From Octopus bimaculoides (Eukaryota): a stretch of DNA of 35,098 bases. The stretch is from positions 103,646,610 to 103,681,707 of the forward strand of contig NC_068982.1 of the NCBI RefSeq assembly GCF_001194135.2. Direction: 5' to 3'. Both the position numbers and the translations under genes were made by a program. Positions 1-11,780 of the stretch are shown here, piece by piece. Below the pieces are notes generated by a model. It did no database searches. It saw only the letters and a program-made list of their open reading frames with translations, and was not told the DNA's origin. How positions within the stretch are numbered: the first letter of the stretch is position 1; each line of letters starts with the position of its first letter.

Positions 1-30
1 TATATATATGCACATGTATATGTATATTTA

Positions 31-180
31 TCAACAGAGACACCCGGCGTTGCTCGGGATTAAAATAGCATAGTTTGTATATAATATATTACAGTTTATT
101 TTGAAAAAGGTGATATGGGAAAGTGCAGCATTGACAACAAAACATTTGTGGGGTAAATGATGGGCTAATTCGACTATATA
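31..180 (-). mobile_element. Helitron-like 3' terminus (non-autonomous remnant)
   Basis: Minus strand reads CCCGAGCAACGCCGGGT-GTCTCTGTTGAT: the typical Helitron subterminal GC hairpin followed by a degenerate CTAG-like end. The upstream boundary is uncertain. Confidence 0.5.
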
Positions 181-373
181 TATATACACACACACATACA
201 TACATACATATATACATGCATTCATATTTATACAGACACGCAAATATAGTTAGAGAAAAAGAAAATTATGGATTGAGACTGATGCAAACAAAAGTAAAGT
301 TAGCTTAAGTACATGTTGTAGCTATATCATAGTTTAACGATGAGAAATAAACCACTACAGTCAGACATAGATA

Positions 374-914
374 CATTAATACCTCACTTTATACCACTTT
401 ACAAGACACCGGGTTTACGAGTTTTATTTTTCAAGCACAAGATCCAAATTTTGAATGAAGCGCAAAAGTTTCTACAATCATAACAAATGCTTCTGCGTGT
501 TACCGAGAACTTTATAGAGTGAAAAATAGCTCCTTCTAAGCATACAACTCTAGACTTGTTTTGAAAAAGAAATCTACAAATCCGTCTACGAGTGCTTGTG
601 AATCGGCGATTGCCTCTACAAGTGATGGTGTACGCGAGTGAAAGCGATTCAGAAAACAATAATAATAATAATATTTTTTATTAGAAATGATCTTGACACT
701 ACTTTTTCTTTACATAAAATATTCTTTACATTTTACTGTTATTTTATTGCCATATATTTACGAGTATTATAAATTTTATAGGTAACATGTTTTTCTGGGA
801 ACGAATTGCAATTTAAAACGTTGCTACTATGTGAAATTATTGCTCCGCTTTACGAGTCTTTGTTTTACGAGCGATCTCCGGAAACAAATTAACTCGTATA
901 TCAAGGCATTAATG
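374..914 (+). mobile_element. Tigger/pogo (Tc1-mariner superfamily) non-autonomous element with transposase C-terminal remnant
   Basis: TA-flanked ends CATTAATACCTC... and ...GAGGCATTAATG-like (AAGGCATTAATG), with repeated TTTACGAG subterminal motifs. Around 480-570 the + strand encodes ITNASACYRELYRVK...KHTTLDLF, resembling the Tigger C-terminal KQTTLDxFF motif. Confidence 0.75.
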
Positions 915-999
915 TATCTAGTCAGAGAAAGATGTGGTGTCATAGTAACTTGGGTAAAATATTAAAAAATGAATGTTTTTAAAATGACACCGAAAATGT

Positions 1000-1178
1000 T
1001 AGACTGGGGCTATGGTGGAAAGAATTTTAGTCGAGCAAACCGGTCCCAGTATTGTTTTTTTTTTAAAGCCTGCCGCTTATTCTATCAGTCTCTTTTGCTG
1101 AATTGCTAAGTTACGAGGACGTATACACACCAACACTGGTTGTCAAGCGGTTGCGGAGGACAAACGTACGCACACACA

Positions 1179-1214
<36 letters not shown>

Positions 1215-2049
1215 CAATGTTAATTCTCTAAATGAAGTATTAACAGTAACTGCACGATAAAGTGTAGTATNNNNNNNNNNNNNNNNNNNNNNNNNNNNNN
1301 NNNNNNNNNNNNNNNNNNNNNNNNNNNNNNNNNNNNNNNNNNNNNNNNNNNNNNNNNNNNNNNNNNNNNNNNNNNNNNNNNNNNNNNNNNNNNNNNNNNN
1401 NNNNNNNNNNNNNNNNNNNNNNNNNNNNNNNNNNNNNNNNNNNNNNNNNNNNNNNNNNNNNNNNNNNNNNNNNNNNNNNNNNNNNNNNNNNNNNNNNNNN
1501 NNNNNNNNNNNNNNNNNNNNNNNNNNNNNNNNNNNNNNNNNNNNNNNNNNNNNNNNNNNNNNNNNNNNNNNNNNNNNNNNNNNNNNNNNNNNNNNNNNNN
1601 NNNNNNNNNNNNNNNNNNNNNNNNNNNNNNNNNNNNNNNNNNNNNNNNNNNNNNNNNNNNNNNNNNNNNNNNNNNNNNNNNNNNNNNNNNNNNNNNNNNN
1701 NNNNNNNNNNNNNNNNNNNNNNNNNNNNNNNNNNNNNNNNNNNNNNNNNNNNNNNNNNNNNNNNNNNNNNNNNNNNNNNNNNNNNNNNNNNNNNNNNNNN
1801 NNNNNNNNNNNNNNNNNNNNNNNNNNNNNNNNNNNNNNNNNNNNNNNNNNNNNNNNNNNNNNNNNNNNNNNNNNNNNNNNNNNNNNNNNNNNNNNNNNNN
1901 NNNNNNNNNNNNNNNNNNNNNNNNNNNNNNNNNNNNNNNNNNNNNNNNNNNNNNNNNNNNNNNNNNNNNNNNNNNNNNNNNNNNNNNNNNNNNNNNNNNN
2001 NNNNNNNNNNNNNNNNNNNNNNNNNNNNNNNNNNNNNNNNNNNNNNNNN

Positions 2050-2080
<31 letters not shown>

Positions 2081-2225
2081 GGCGAGCTTCGTTCAGTTTC
2101 CGTCTACCAAATCTATGGCTTTGGTCGGCCTAAGGCTAAAGTCAAAGGCACTAGGGCAAGGTGCTATGCAGTGGGACTGAACCCGGAACCCTGTGGTTGG
2201 GAAGCAAACTTCTTAACACACAGCA
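1000..2225 (-). mobile_element. Composite tRNA-derived SINE (family B): head, internal microsatellite/gap, body
   Basis: Head at 2080-2225 is the reverse complement of 7551-7697. Body at about 1000-1170 is the reverse complement of 8095-8200 and 24970-25140. The middle is (TA)n plus an N-gap. Confidence 0.8.
1271..2050. other. Assembly gap (780 N)
   Basis: Run of N. Other gaps are at 2914-2991, 4291-4300, 7797-8001 and 34275-34418. Confidence 1.
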
Positions 2226-2229
2226 GTAA

Positions 2230-2430
2230 ATAATATAATAGTGGTGGTTTTTGTCGTGTTGGTGTTGGCGATAGCGGCAATGTAGTAGTGGTGGTGGTGG
2301 TGACGGTGGTGATGTTGCTGTTAACGGTAGTGGCGGTGTTTTTTTTATAATGGTGGCAATAGTTCTGTTAATGACGGCGGTAGTGGCGGAGCCGGTGGTT
2401 GACAAAGGTGATGGTGTGGTGGTGGATATG
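2230..2430. repeat. Low-complexity (GGT/GTG)n-rich tract
   Basis: Degenerate GGT/GTA/GTT triplets. Explains the Pro/Thr-rich ORF 2151-2471. Confidence 0.8.
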
Positions 2431-2872
2431 ATTGCTATGTATAACACGTACGTGGTTGAGACGTAAATCACATGATTGCTGAGCTTTCTAGAAAGACAAA
2501 TGTTCTCCTATCAAAACAAATAGCTGGTCACTTATTTTGTGACGTGTTACACTGGTGCAGCCGAACATCGCATGCGTTCAATTATGTAGCCACATATCAT
2601 TTAACTGTCCTGCATATTGGGTGTACTTACAATCACTAGGAATAGTAATGCCTGAAATTAATATTTCATTATATTCAATGTTCAAGATTCTATCTATCTA
2701 TCTATCTATCTTTTTTTTTTCTCCCGCGATCCCTTTTGATCGAAATCCCCCCCCTTTTTTCCGCGATCCCTTTTGATCGAAATTATCCCCCCCCTTTCCC
2801 CGCCAAAGAAAAGCTCTACATTGTAATTTGTCCATTTTCTGTATTTAGCCCTGTGTGGCTATAATAAAAATA

Positions 2873-2913
<41 letters not shown>

Positions 2914-2991
2914 NNNNNNNNNNNNNNNNNNNNNNNNNNNNNNNNNNNNNNNNNNNNNNNNNNNNNNNNNNNNNNNNNNNNNNNNNNNNNN

Positions 2992-3029
<38 letters not shown>

Positions 3030-3030
3030 C
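2873..3030. repeat. (TATC)n / (TCTG)n microsatellite spanning a gap
   Basis: Visible tetranucleotide arrays on both sides of gap 2914-2991. A short (TATC)n also lies at 2688-2710. Confidence 0.95.
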
Positions 3031-3134
3031 GTCCATCTGTACGTCTGTCTGTTTCAACCCATATTTTCCCTCTGGCTAGTACCACAGTTAGTACTGTGTG
3101 TGTGTGTGTGTGGGGGGGGGATATAATTAACTAA

Positions 3135-3470
3135 AATGTTCAAAGGTTGCGCTCCAGCTTGGGCGCAGTCCAATTTATTAAAGTCAGTGAAAGAAAAACA
3201 AGAAGTAGTTTCTACCTTATGGAATTGTAAGTGAATCATGAAGAACTCAACGATCTAACAGCAAGCAGCTGGCTAAAGAATATCATAAACCACAAGACTA
3301 CAAATACGACCAATGAAAACTTTGTGGCAATACAAAAGTAAAGCACCTGGATTACTTGATCAGTTTAAACACCTGTGTATGAAGATATCATGTGATAGAA
3401 AACAGTCATGTGTGATAGGAAACTTCTATGTAGACAATGTAGTATAAATGATGGGTGTCACTTAGAAGAC
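3135..3470 (+). mobile_element. Highly degenerate R4/Dong-clade non-LTR retrotransposon fragment
   Basis: Translation NHEELNDLTASSWLKN...NENFVAIQK*S...LLCRQCS resembles the R4-clade post-RT segment (SxxWL...ETEGFxxAIQDQ...CRxC). Contains stops and frameshifts. Confidence 0.5.
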
Positions 3471-4127
3471 TGTGGAGGGAGGCAAATAAGCTAAATCGAG
3501 CAATAATGCTAGCATGAACAAAGACCGGCTTAGAAAGCTTAGCGTACGTATATTATTGTTTCTAGTACTTTAAGAGTGTCAGTTGCTGGGTAAATTAGAC
3601 GACAGCCTCACCAATGAAAAATTATGTACTGTTATCCTTTTATTTCTGCTTCATATGTTGATCTGTCTCCTACCCACCCCATAACAGTGCGAAGAAGAGT
3701 GCAACAGGAGACAGAGTTGCTACAATAATTGAAGAGTGACCGAAGTTGAAATCCTTCTTACGATTTACAGTATTTATGAAAATAATATTAAATCGGTAGC
3801 AAATATATTTTGGTGGTAAAGTCTCATAACCTACGAAAAGATGAAGTATTCGTGTAGGATATTTAATGCAAGTCAATTTGACTGAATTGATCTCTCTTCA
3901 AGCCATACTCTCATCAATAGTCAACACTAGAAATCAACGAATCACTCCTGAGTTATACAGTACTTATAACTGAATGTTGTACTTATTTGCAGCCAGGTGA
4001 TCTGTACCATTTGAAATGTAAAGTGACTCGGTCACATACTCAACGCAGTACCCTACTCAGTTACACACACTCCTTTATTTATTTGAACCGTTTGTATATG
4101 TTATTGTATGATTAATTAAAACACAAA

Positions 4128-4330
4128 GCGGCGAGCTGGCAGAATCGTTATCGTGCCGGGTAAAATGCTTAGGGGCATTTCGTCTCCGTCTTAATCTGAG
4201 TTCAAATTCCACCGAGGTTGAGATTGCCTTTCATCCTTTCGGTGTCGATGAAATAAGTACCAATTGAGCACTGGGGCCGATGTAATCAACNNNNNNNNNN
4301 GAAATTGCTAGCCTTTTGCTAAAATTTGAA
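4128..4330 (+). mobile_element. tRNA-derived SINE family A
   Basis: GCGGCGAGCTGGCAGAATCGTTA (A-box-like), GAGTTCAAATTCC (B-box), then GCCTTTCATCCTTTCGG..GATAAAATAAGTACC core. Contains a 10-N gap. Confidence 0.85.
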
Positions 4331-5083
4331 ATCATTATTAGCTGGAACAGAAGGGTGACGGAAGGTAGAATCTGTTGAACGTTGGACAATATATCCTGCA
4401 TATTTAGATACGTCCCTTTTTATTCTAATTTCAAATTTCACCGATGTCGACTTTCCAATCTATATATCCAATGTCAATAAAATAATTTCTAAGTTAGTCA
4501 GAAGAGGAAAAGATGGCAGTGAAAGAGGAGGAGCGGATGACGTTCAGATTGAATAACTGGAACGCGTCGGGCGCGAAATATTTTCAACAGAGAAATCCGC
4601 TCAAGACGTTCAAGTACTACATGGTGTTAAATCAGGTGACGTATTAGGCCTACTTCTCAAGTCAAGTCTGGACATCGACGTCAAGCTTACCATTCATGTT
4701 GAGCTTAACAATCTAGTATTGACTAATCGATTACATGCTTCCCTAAATATTCATGGTTTTAATGTTTTGAATTAGAAATTATTATTTGACATGAGACGCA
4801 ACAACCAAGAGTAGCTACCTAAGATCAGGTGTTCAGCTTTAGGGCTAATTAGAAAGTTCTGTAACCAGTACACACACATTTATGCGAATGTGTGCGTGTA
4901 CACACACACACACATGTATTGTTATGATCCTTTAAATTTTCTTCCCCACCAGTTCCCAAAATATCAACCCTCTCGAATTTTTTCCATGCTCATATCTTTC
5001 CTGCAGTTGGCTCGGGTTCTAAATTCAATCGACAAAACAATCTCCTTCATAAACTGATCTTAGCAATTCATGCATTAGTAATT

Positions 5084-5379
5084 TAGTAATATCTCACTTT
5101 ACGAAGACCCGCTTTGCGAGACCCCCCGGGTTTACGAGTTTTATTTTATAAATCTAAATATAAAAAGATAAATATAAAAAAGTTAAACAGCCATTTTGTG
5201 AGTGTGGTAACATTGAAACATGTGGCAACACTGGTTCTGACGCATCTACACGGCTACGGATTAAAATGACGGCATAAAATTTCATTTGTTACTATGGGAA
5301 ATTATTGCTCAGGTTTACGAGTTTCCACTTTACGAGCGATCTCTGGAAACAAATTAACTCGTATACCGAGGCATTACTG
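5084..5379 (+). mobile_element. Tigger/pogo-like MITE, same family as 374-914
   Basis: Ends TAGTAATATCTCACTTTACGA and CTCGTATACCGAGGCATTACTG|TA. Shares CCGGGTTTACGAGTTTTATTTT and TTTACGAGCGATCTC.GGAAACAAATTAACTCGTA with 374-914. Confidence 0.8.
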
Positions 5380-5819
5380 TATTCTAGAAATCGGTAAGGT
5401 TCGACAGCCTTCAACTCTTCTCTTCCAACCCTCACGGCAAAAAGGTGCAGCTTTGTACTTAGAGAAAATAAATTGAGAAGAAAAAAAAAAGGCGTAAAAG
5501 TTACAAAAAATTATGGTAAAAAAAAAAACTCCCGTTTTATGCAAATTTTAAAGAACAGTTGAAGCAATTGTCTGTAAAAATAGAACTCACAACGTGCTAG
5601 GTTGACGCCAGATAATTTTTTCCGCTTTTGATCGAAAGTATAGGATAGGTTCATAGCATGTTGGATTAATGATGGTAAAAAGATTAGATATCTGTAGAAT
5701 TTGGACAGAAACAACAGGATGATTGAGCAGTCAGCTGAGACAAGCCCTCATTAGTGGAAACAATAAAACAACGAACAAAATGCGAACACAGACGCGCATA
5801 CACACGAATAGACTTTGTT

Positions 5820-5825
<6 letters not shown>

Positions 5826-5874
<49 letters not shown>
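5826..5874. repeat. (AC)n microsatellite
   Basis: Perfect dinucleotide run followed by TA/TG-rich low-complexity sequence to about 6010. Confidence 0.97.
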
Positions 5875-5877
<3 letters not shown>

Positions 5878-7039
5878 ACGCATATATATTATATATTATA
5901 TAAATACATACGTATGTATACATGTATGATTGTATGCATGTGTATACATGTGTATATGAATGTGTGCGCACGCGCGTGCGTGTGTGTGTATAGACGCGAA
6001 CACACACATGATAAGTTTTAGTAGTTATTCCGCTTACATCAAAGAGCGACGATAAGCGGTCGAGCGAACCCCAAAGCAGTCGCGCGATCTACTAGAAATA
6101 GCAAGCAAATCTATCTCTAATCGTAGGTAAAAAACGGAGTAGCCACGACTGAAACGTCTTCGAATATGTATTCAAAATATAGAGTTAACCTGCGGACAAC
6201 TCCATCACCACCAAAAACAACAACAACAACAACAGCAACAACAATCACCGCCACCACCAAGTAAGAGTGGTGAGCATTATGTTTACCCAAATTTGTGGAA
6301 TAGAGTAAGTCGAAGTAGATATCGGTTTGGAATACAAAGGCGCCGACCTGGCAGAATCGTTAATACGAATTGAACTATCTCTCCGTAGATTGAAAACCTG
6401 ACGAGCAGCCTTAACCGATTTTCGAACTTTATTGCATTCACATCAGAGGTGCCACACACACACACACCCACACACATGCACACATGCACACACGCACACA
6501 CAGACACGCACACACAGACACACACACATGTATGCATGCATTATTTCATATGTGTGTATGTATGACATGATGAAAAATAAAATGAGATATGAGAGTAATG
6601 ACATGAATTTGGATAATAGAAGTTGAAATGTGATGTACTCAATAAATTCTTAATTTAAGTGAAATTTCCTTTATTTTGAAAAATAGAACAGTAAGACATC
6701 AAAAAACACTTAGAGAAATGGCATTTATCTTGACGAAAGTGTTTAACAGAAATTTAATCTTTGGTAATATTCAGATATCACAAAATATATATTAAAAAAC
6801 ACGTATTTCTTCTCCAGAAGGATCTGTTCCTAAAAATCTCTGTCATATAGGACTATGTAAAAAGTTAATCACAGATTTTCTTGCTTATTGGACATAAAAG
6901 AAAGCTAATAGGGATAACTGATCTGCTAATATAACAGTTTATGACTATAAATGCATGAAGCTCATATATGTCACCAGTGACGACTGTCTGGTATTTTGTT
7001 AGAGGCAAAAGAAGTCGGGGAAAGAAATGTCTTTCGATT

Positions 7040-7218
7040 GTGTATGCGCATGTATTTCTCTAAGTCGATTACATCGATTCCAGTGTTCGACTGGTACTTA
7101 TGCTGTCGATCTCGAAAGGATGAAAAGTAAAGACAACCTTGGCGGAATTTGAAGGACGGAAGAAATGCTGCTAAGCATTTTGTCCGGCGTGCTAACGATC
7201 CTGCCAGCTCGCCACCTT
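7040..7218 (-). mobile_element. tRNA-derived SINE family A
   Basis: Reverse complement of the family A consensus (...CTAACGATCCTGCCAGCTCGCC). Confidence 0.85.
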
Positions 7219-7550
7219 AACAACAATGATAATGATAATGAAACAGTATGTTTAAAGCTGGCATATCGTTGTTCATAGGGCTGCTGGATCAGGGCTGAAT
7301 AAGGCCCAAAACAATTTGGATTTTCTTAAGATTTTCTCAAGAAATATTGAAATTGAGTAGAAAAGATAGTGGAGATTGCCGTGTGATCGTCACTCATGTA
7401 ATATATATCCATCAACAAATAGCGATTTCTAACATAAGCACACAACCAAACATTTTGAGAGAGGGGATTTGAATTTTATTAAATTCTTTTACTTTGAAAA
7501 ACGAAAGGCAAGTCGACCCAACAAAATTCGAACTCAGAGGGTAAAATGAC

Positions 7551-8001
7551 GTAAGTAGCTTGCTTACGAACCACATGGTTCCGGGTTCAGTCCCACTGCG
7601 TGGCACCTTGGGCAAGTGTCTTCTACTATAGCATAGGGCCGACCAAAGCCTTGTGAGTGGATTTGGTAGACGGAAACTGAAAGAAGCCCGTCGTATATGT
7701 GTATATATGTATATATATATATATATAAAGTGTAGTATATTGCCACTTAAGTGTGGCTGACCCCTAGGGGTGGATGTTACTGTTGCTTTTAGAGGTNNNN
7801 NNNNNNNNNNNNNNNNNNNNNNNNNNNNNNNNNNNNNNNNNNNNNNNNNNNNNNNNNNNNNNNNNNNNNNNNNNNNNNNNNNNNNNNNNNNNNNNNNNNN
7901 NNNNNNNNNNNNNNNNNNNNNNNNNNNNNNNNNNNNNNNNNNNNNNNNNNNNNNNNNNNNNNNNNNNNNNNNNNNNNNNNNNNNNNNNNNNNNNNNNNNN
8001 N

Positions 8002-8042
<41 letters not shown>

Positions 8043-8061
8043 ATGTATGTGTGTGTGTGCA

Positions 8062-8092
<31 letters not shown>

Positions 8093-8200
8093 TTGTGTGT
8101 CTGTGTTTGTCCCCACAACATCGCTTGACAACCGATGCTGGTGTGTTTACGTCCCCGTAACTTAGCGGTTCGGCAAAAGAGACCGATAGAATAAGTAATT
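7551..8200 (+). mobile_element. Composite tRNA-derived SINE family B
   Basis: Head GTAAGTAGCTTGC...GGTTCAGTCCCACTGCG...AAGAAGCCCGTCG, then (TA)n/gap/(TG)n, then body GTCCCCACAACATCGCTTGACAACCGATGCTGG...GATAGAATAAGTA. Confidence 0.85.
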
Positions 8201-8276
8201 GATTGATTTTATCGACCTCAGAGATATAAAAAGTGAAATAGATCTCAGCGGGATTTCAACTCAGAACGTGATAACA

Positions 8277-8492
8277 TATTCTTTTCTTCTCTAGGCAAAA
8301 GGCCCGAAATTTTGCGGGAGGGGGCCAGTCGATTATATTGATCCCAGTACGCAATTGGTACTTAATTTATCGACCGCGAAAGGATGAAAGGTAAAGTCGA
8401 CCTCAACGGAATTTGAACTCAGAACGTAAAGACAGACGAAATACCGCTAAACATTTCGCCCGGCGTGCTAAGGTTTCTGCCAGTTCGCCGCT
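8277..8492 (-). mobile_element. tRNA-derived SINE family A
   Basis: Full reverse-complement copy with a near-TSD GATAACATATT / GATGACATATT. An additional family A fragment lies at about 8200-8270. Confidence 0.85.
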
Positions 8493-8585
8493 TTGCGATG
8501 ACATATTGCTAGAGGTTTTGTCTGATACTCTATTGCTTCAGTCAGTCCGTCATACATACCGTAGTAACAAAACAAACAACAAATT

Positions 8586-8977
8586 GTTATTGTTGTTGGC
8601 ACTCCGTCGCTTACGACGTCGAGGGTTCCAGTCGATTCGATCAACAGAACAGCCTGCTTGTGAAATTAACGTGCAAGTGGCTGAGCACTCCACAGACACG
8701 TGCACCCTTAACGTAGTTCTCGGGGATATTCAGCGTGACACAGTGTGAAAAGGCTGACCCTTTGAATTACAGGCACAGCAGAAACAGGAAGTAAGAGTGA
8801 GAGAAAGTTGTGGTGAAAGAGTACAGCAGGGTTCGCCACCATCCCCTGCCGGAGCCTCGTGGAGCTTTTAGGTGTTTTCGCTCAATAAACACTCACAGCG
8901 CTCGGTCTGGAAATCGAAACCGCGATCGTATGACCGCGAGTCCGCTGCCCTAACCACTGGGCCATTGCGCCTCCACT
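8586..8977 (-). mobile_element. Full-length tRNA-derived SINE family D
   Basis: Minus-strand head GTGGAGGCGCAATGGCCCAGTGGTTAGGGCAGCGGAC...GTTTCGATTTCC (A and B boxes) and a (CAA)n tail. 12-bp TSD AAACAACAAATT at 8574-8585 and 8978-8989. Confidence 0.92.
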
Positions 8978-9782
8978 AAACAACAAATTAACAGGCAACA
9001 AATACACACTTGGTGAAAGTTTGCCGTGGAACATTCAGAACAAGGTGAGATTTCGAGGGACGAAGGCTTTCTGAACAATTTTATCTAACCGTGACAATGC
9101 ATAAAGTACTAATTTTTGCAACCCGACGGAAAATACAAGGATAATGTTGTTTAACCCAAACCAATCTTAATCTAGTAGATTTATCATCAAAGGCATTTTG
9201 TTAGTCATGACTGTATTGCCCAATATGTTCTTCCTTCTTCCTATTTTTAAAACGGTAGGGTGTGCCCCACGAGAGATTGGGTTACTGTTTCTGTGTGGTC
9301 GAGCGAATGTGTCGTCTTACGGATGTTTTCATTTTCATGTTACGCCTCAAAAACGTTATACCAATCAATTTCTTTCTTTATTTGTAAGCCAGTCACTCTT
9401 CTGACATTGTTTACAAAATACATATTTAGACATTGTTTTGAAACTTTGGGATTCCTTCAGACGTAGAAACAAGATCTAGATCAACACTTAAAATCTGAGA
9501 CTATGAGATGACACTATAATAGAATATCGTGTTCCAAGTCTGCAACCTTATACCAAAATATAATACTATGACATTTTCGTATTCCTCCCTAATATTCAAG
9601 CATTTAAAAAGTTTTCGTCAAACACACACACACACACACACCACATTCACACATATACACACACATACACGCACAGACGCACAAGCACACACGCGACATC
9701 ATGGTATATCAGATTATCATTTTACAGTATATTCCACTTCTCGTCAAATATGTTAAACTTTGTTCTTGAGGAAATTTCTTTA

Positions 9783-9785
<3 letters not shown>

Positions 9786-9870
<85 letters not shown>
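9786..9870. repeat. (AC)n microsatellite (about 42 units)
   Basis: Perfect run. Confidence 0.98.
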
Positions 9871-9871
<1 letters not shown>

Positions 9872-10249
9872 CGAATTGCAGTAATAAAGTTCAAGTTCTA
9901 AGATGTTAACTCTATTTTCTTTGTAGTGGTTTAATTCGCTGGATCTAGCAAAGAACTCTACAAATATAATTTGCTACAGCAAGTCATGTACTTGATGGTC
10001 CGGTGCTCTAACCTTAACACCAGTTTCATTAATAAAACATTGATATAAATAGTAACAATAAGTTTCATTTCATGAAATCGATCATAAAATATTACTTGTA
10101 CCTATGCCAACCCCATTCATTTTTGGTTAGGAGAGGAGTGATAGATTGCGCTACAAAGCCGTCGAGGGGAAGGCCCCGATACGGTATGCATTCTCTCTTG
10201 ATGACACCCGAAACCTACAGGCGATATGTACACTAGCAAGCTGTTTCAA

Positions 10250-11780
10250 AGCTTCGAAGACAGGAAAGATTAGTGCAGTTGACAACTGTAGAAGAAAATA
10301 AAAAGTAGGAGGCGATAAACTTCAGGAAAAAGTGAATAAAGGTTTGTGCGGTGTCAGGAAGAGAGTACACTATGAATGACGACAAGAGAGGAAGTTGTCG
10401 GTGGGTTCTGATAGAAATTTTATTTAGCTAGCTGGCTTTACGGAAGAGATGCACTGATAGAAGGAGTCGAAAAAGCAGTGCAATGTGACAATGTTTTGGG
10501 GGTAAAAAATTGAAGTGAGATGATGAGTAATTCTCTTCCAATCATCTGAATGGATTTCTTTTGATGAGGTGTATAATGTTCTCAGGTGTAGCAGAATTCC
10601 ATTATGATTCACACTACTCTGCTTTGAAGAAATGATCGGAGCTAAAGTATTTTCAGACTATCAAGATGAAGGTTAGCCTTTGTGATACAGTTTTTGCTAT
10701 AGTGTTAATGTGAGATCTCCAGGAGAGATCATTGTGGGTCATATTAGATTCTTAGTAGCATGCTGTCGTAAATTTGAAAGAATGAAGTAGAATAATGTTT
10801 CCTTGATATGTGCTGTGGTTATATGTTTGTGCTGTTGATGGAGACAAGATTGTCATGTCTCCATTGAATGTTATCGAGGGCTATGTTCAATGAAGCAGTG
10901 CAGATTTGACGTGAGGTGCCTAGGTGATGTGCGGATAACGCATATGAGCAGAAAGTTAGAGAGGAGCAGAAAATGATATAGTCTACATTGAGTGGATATC
11001 ATTAGATGTGGCAGCAAGTAGGACTTCTATGTACAGGAGAAAGGGAGTGGGGGTCATAATGGAACCTTTCGATTCAAGAGACGAAAGAGGGCTGGAGCTT
11101 ATAGCTAAAGGAATATCGTGTCAGACACTATTAAATGTTTTGCGAATACCAAGTGGAGCGATAGTAATCTCTCGGGGTGAAAATAGTTGATAAGTTACAT
11201 AAGAGAGCTGATACAATGTGTTGTGGAAAGTGATTATTAGTGAGTCTTTCCATTGCCTTTTAGACGTTGGATGCTAGAGCTTATAGATCGATAATTGGCA
11301 AGTTTATAGATGTTACCAATTTTTATTGGTTCTTGTTTGGAGGAATGAACTAGCAAATAACATTCGCAAGTCTTCTAAAATCGGTGAAATAGATGCGGCT
11401 AGAGTTTACCTTGAGCAGTAGTAAGTCCATGGCCACAAGGAAAAAACCCCTCAAAACAAACAAAATAAAACACTAATAATTATAGATTTTGCAATCATCA
11501 TTTTCGCATGATGTCTTGGCTTGAATGTGGTATTGGAAGAGTGTTTGTGTCTGTGTGTCGATCTGTAATGTGTTGCAAAGAGTTCAGGATTGCACCAGTA
11601 TAAGATAAGTGCGAGAGTCAAGAGGACTTGTGAACTTTGAAGTCTCCAAGAACTATGATTTCAAAGACTGATGAAGTGAAATAGATGTCCTCGATGCGAG
11701 ACAATAGATGGAAGAACAGTTATTGGTGATTAAGGGAGTACCTGAGGCGAGAGCGTTTCAAGGTAGGAGCATGTATGTGG
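10250..11780 (-). mobile_element. Degenerate CR1/L2/Jockey-type LINE (APE endonuclease + reverse transcriptase), internally deleted
   Basis: Minus-strand motifs: EIIVLGDFKVH at 11631-11662 (APE GDFN motif), LGIRKTFNSV*HD (RT AFDxVxH motif) and GSIMTPTPFLLYI...SNDIHSM*T (RT GSVLSPxLF...YADD region). Many stops and frameshifts. Confidence 0.75.

Noticed and set aside
2151-2471. Pro/Thr-rich 106-aa ORF
   Set aside because: It derives from the (GGT)n low-complexity tract and a SINE head.
3188-3232. Apparent exon ending in GTAAGT
   Set aside because: It lies within the degenerate R4-like fragment and has a weak acceptor.
6818-6856. 39-bp AG/GT-bounded segment (EGSVPKNLCHIGL)
   Set aside because: The donor is weak (GTAAAA), and direct splicing to the 14555 candidate creates TGA. 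Kept only as a weak alternative.
8900-8976. tRNA-like sequences with A and B boxes (also near 13957, 19800, 24618 and 25600)
   Set aside because: They are SINE heads that continue into shared SINE bodies with tails and TSDs, not stand-alone tRNA genes.
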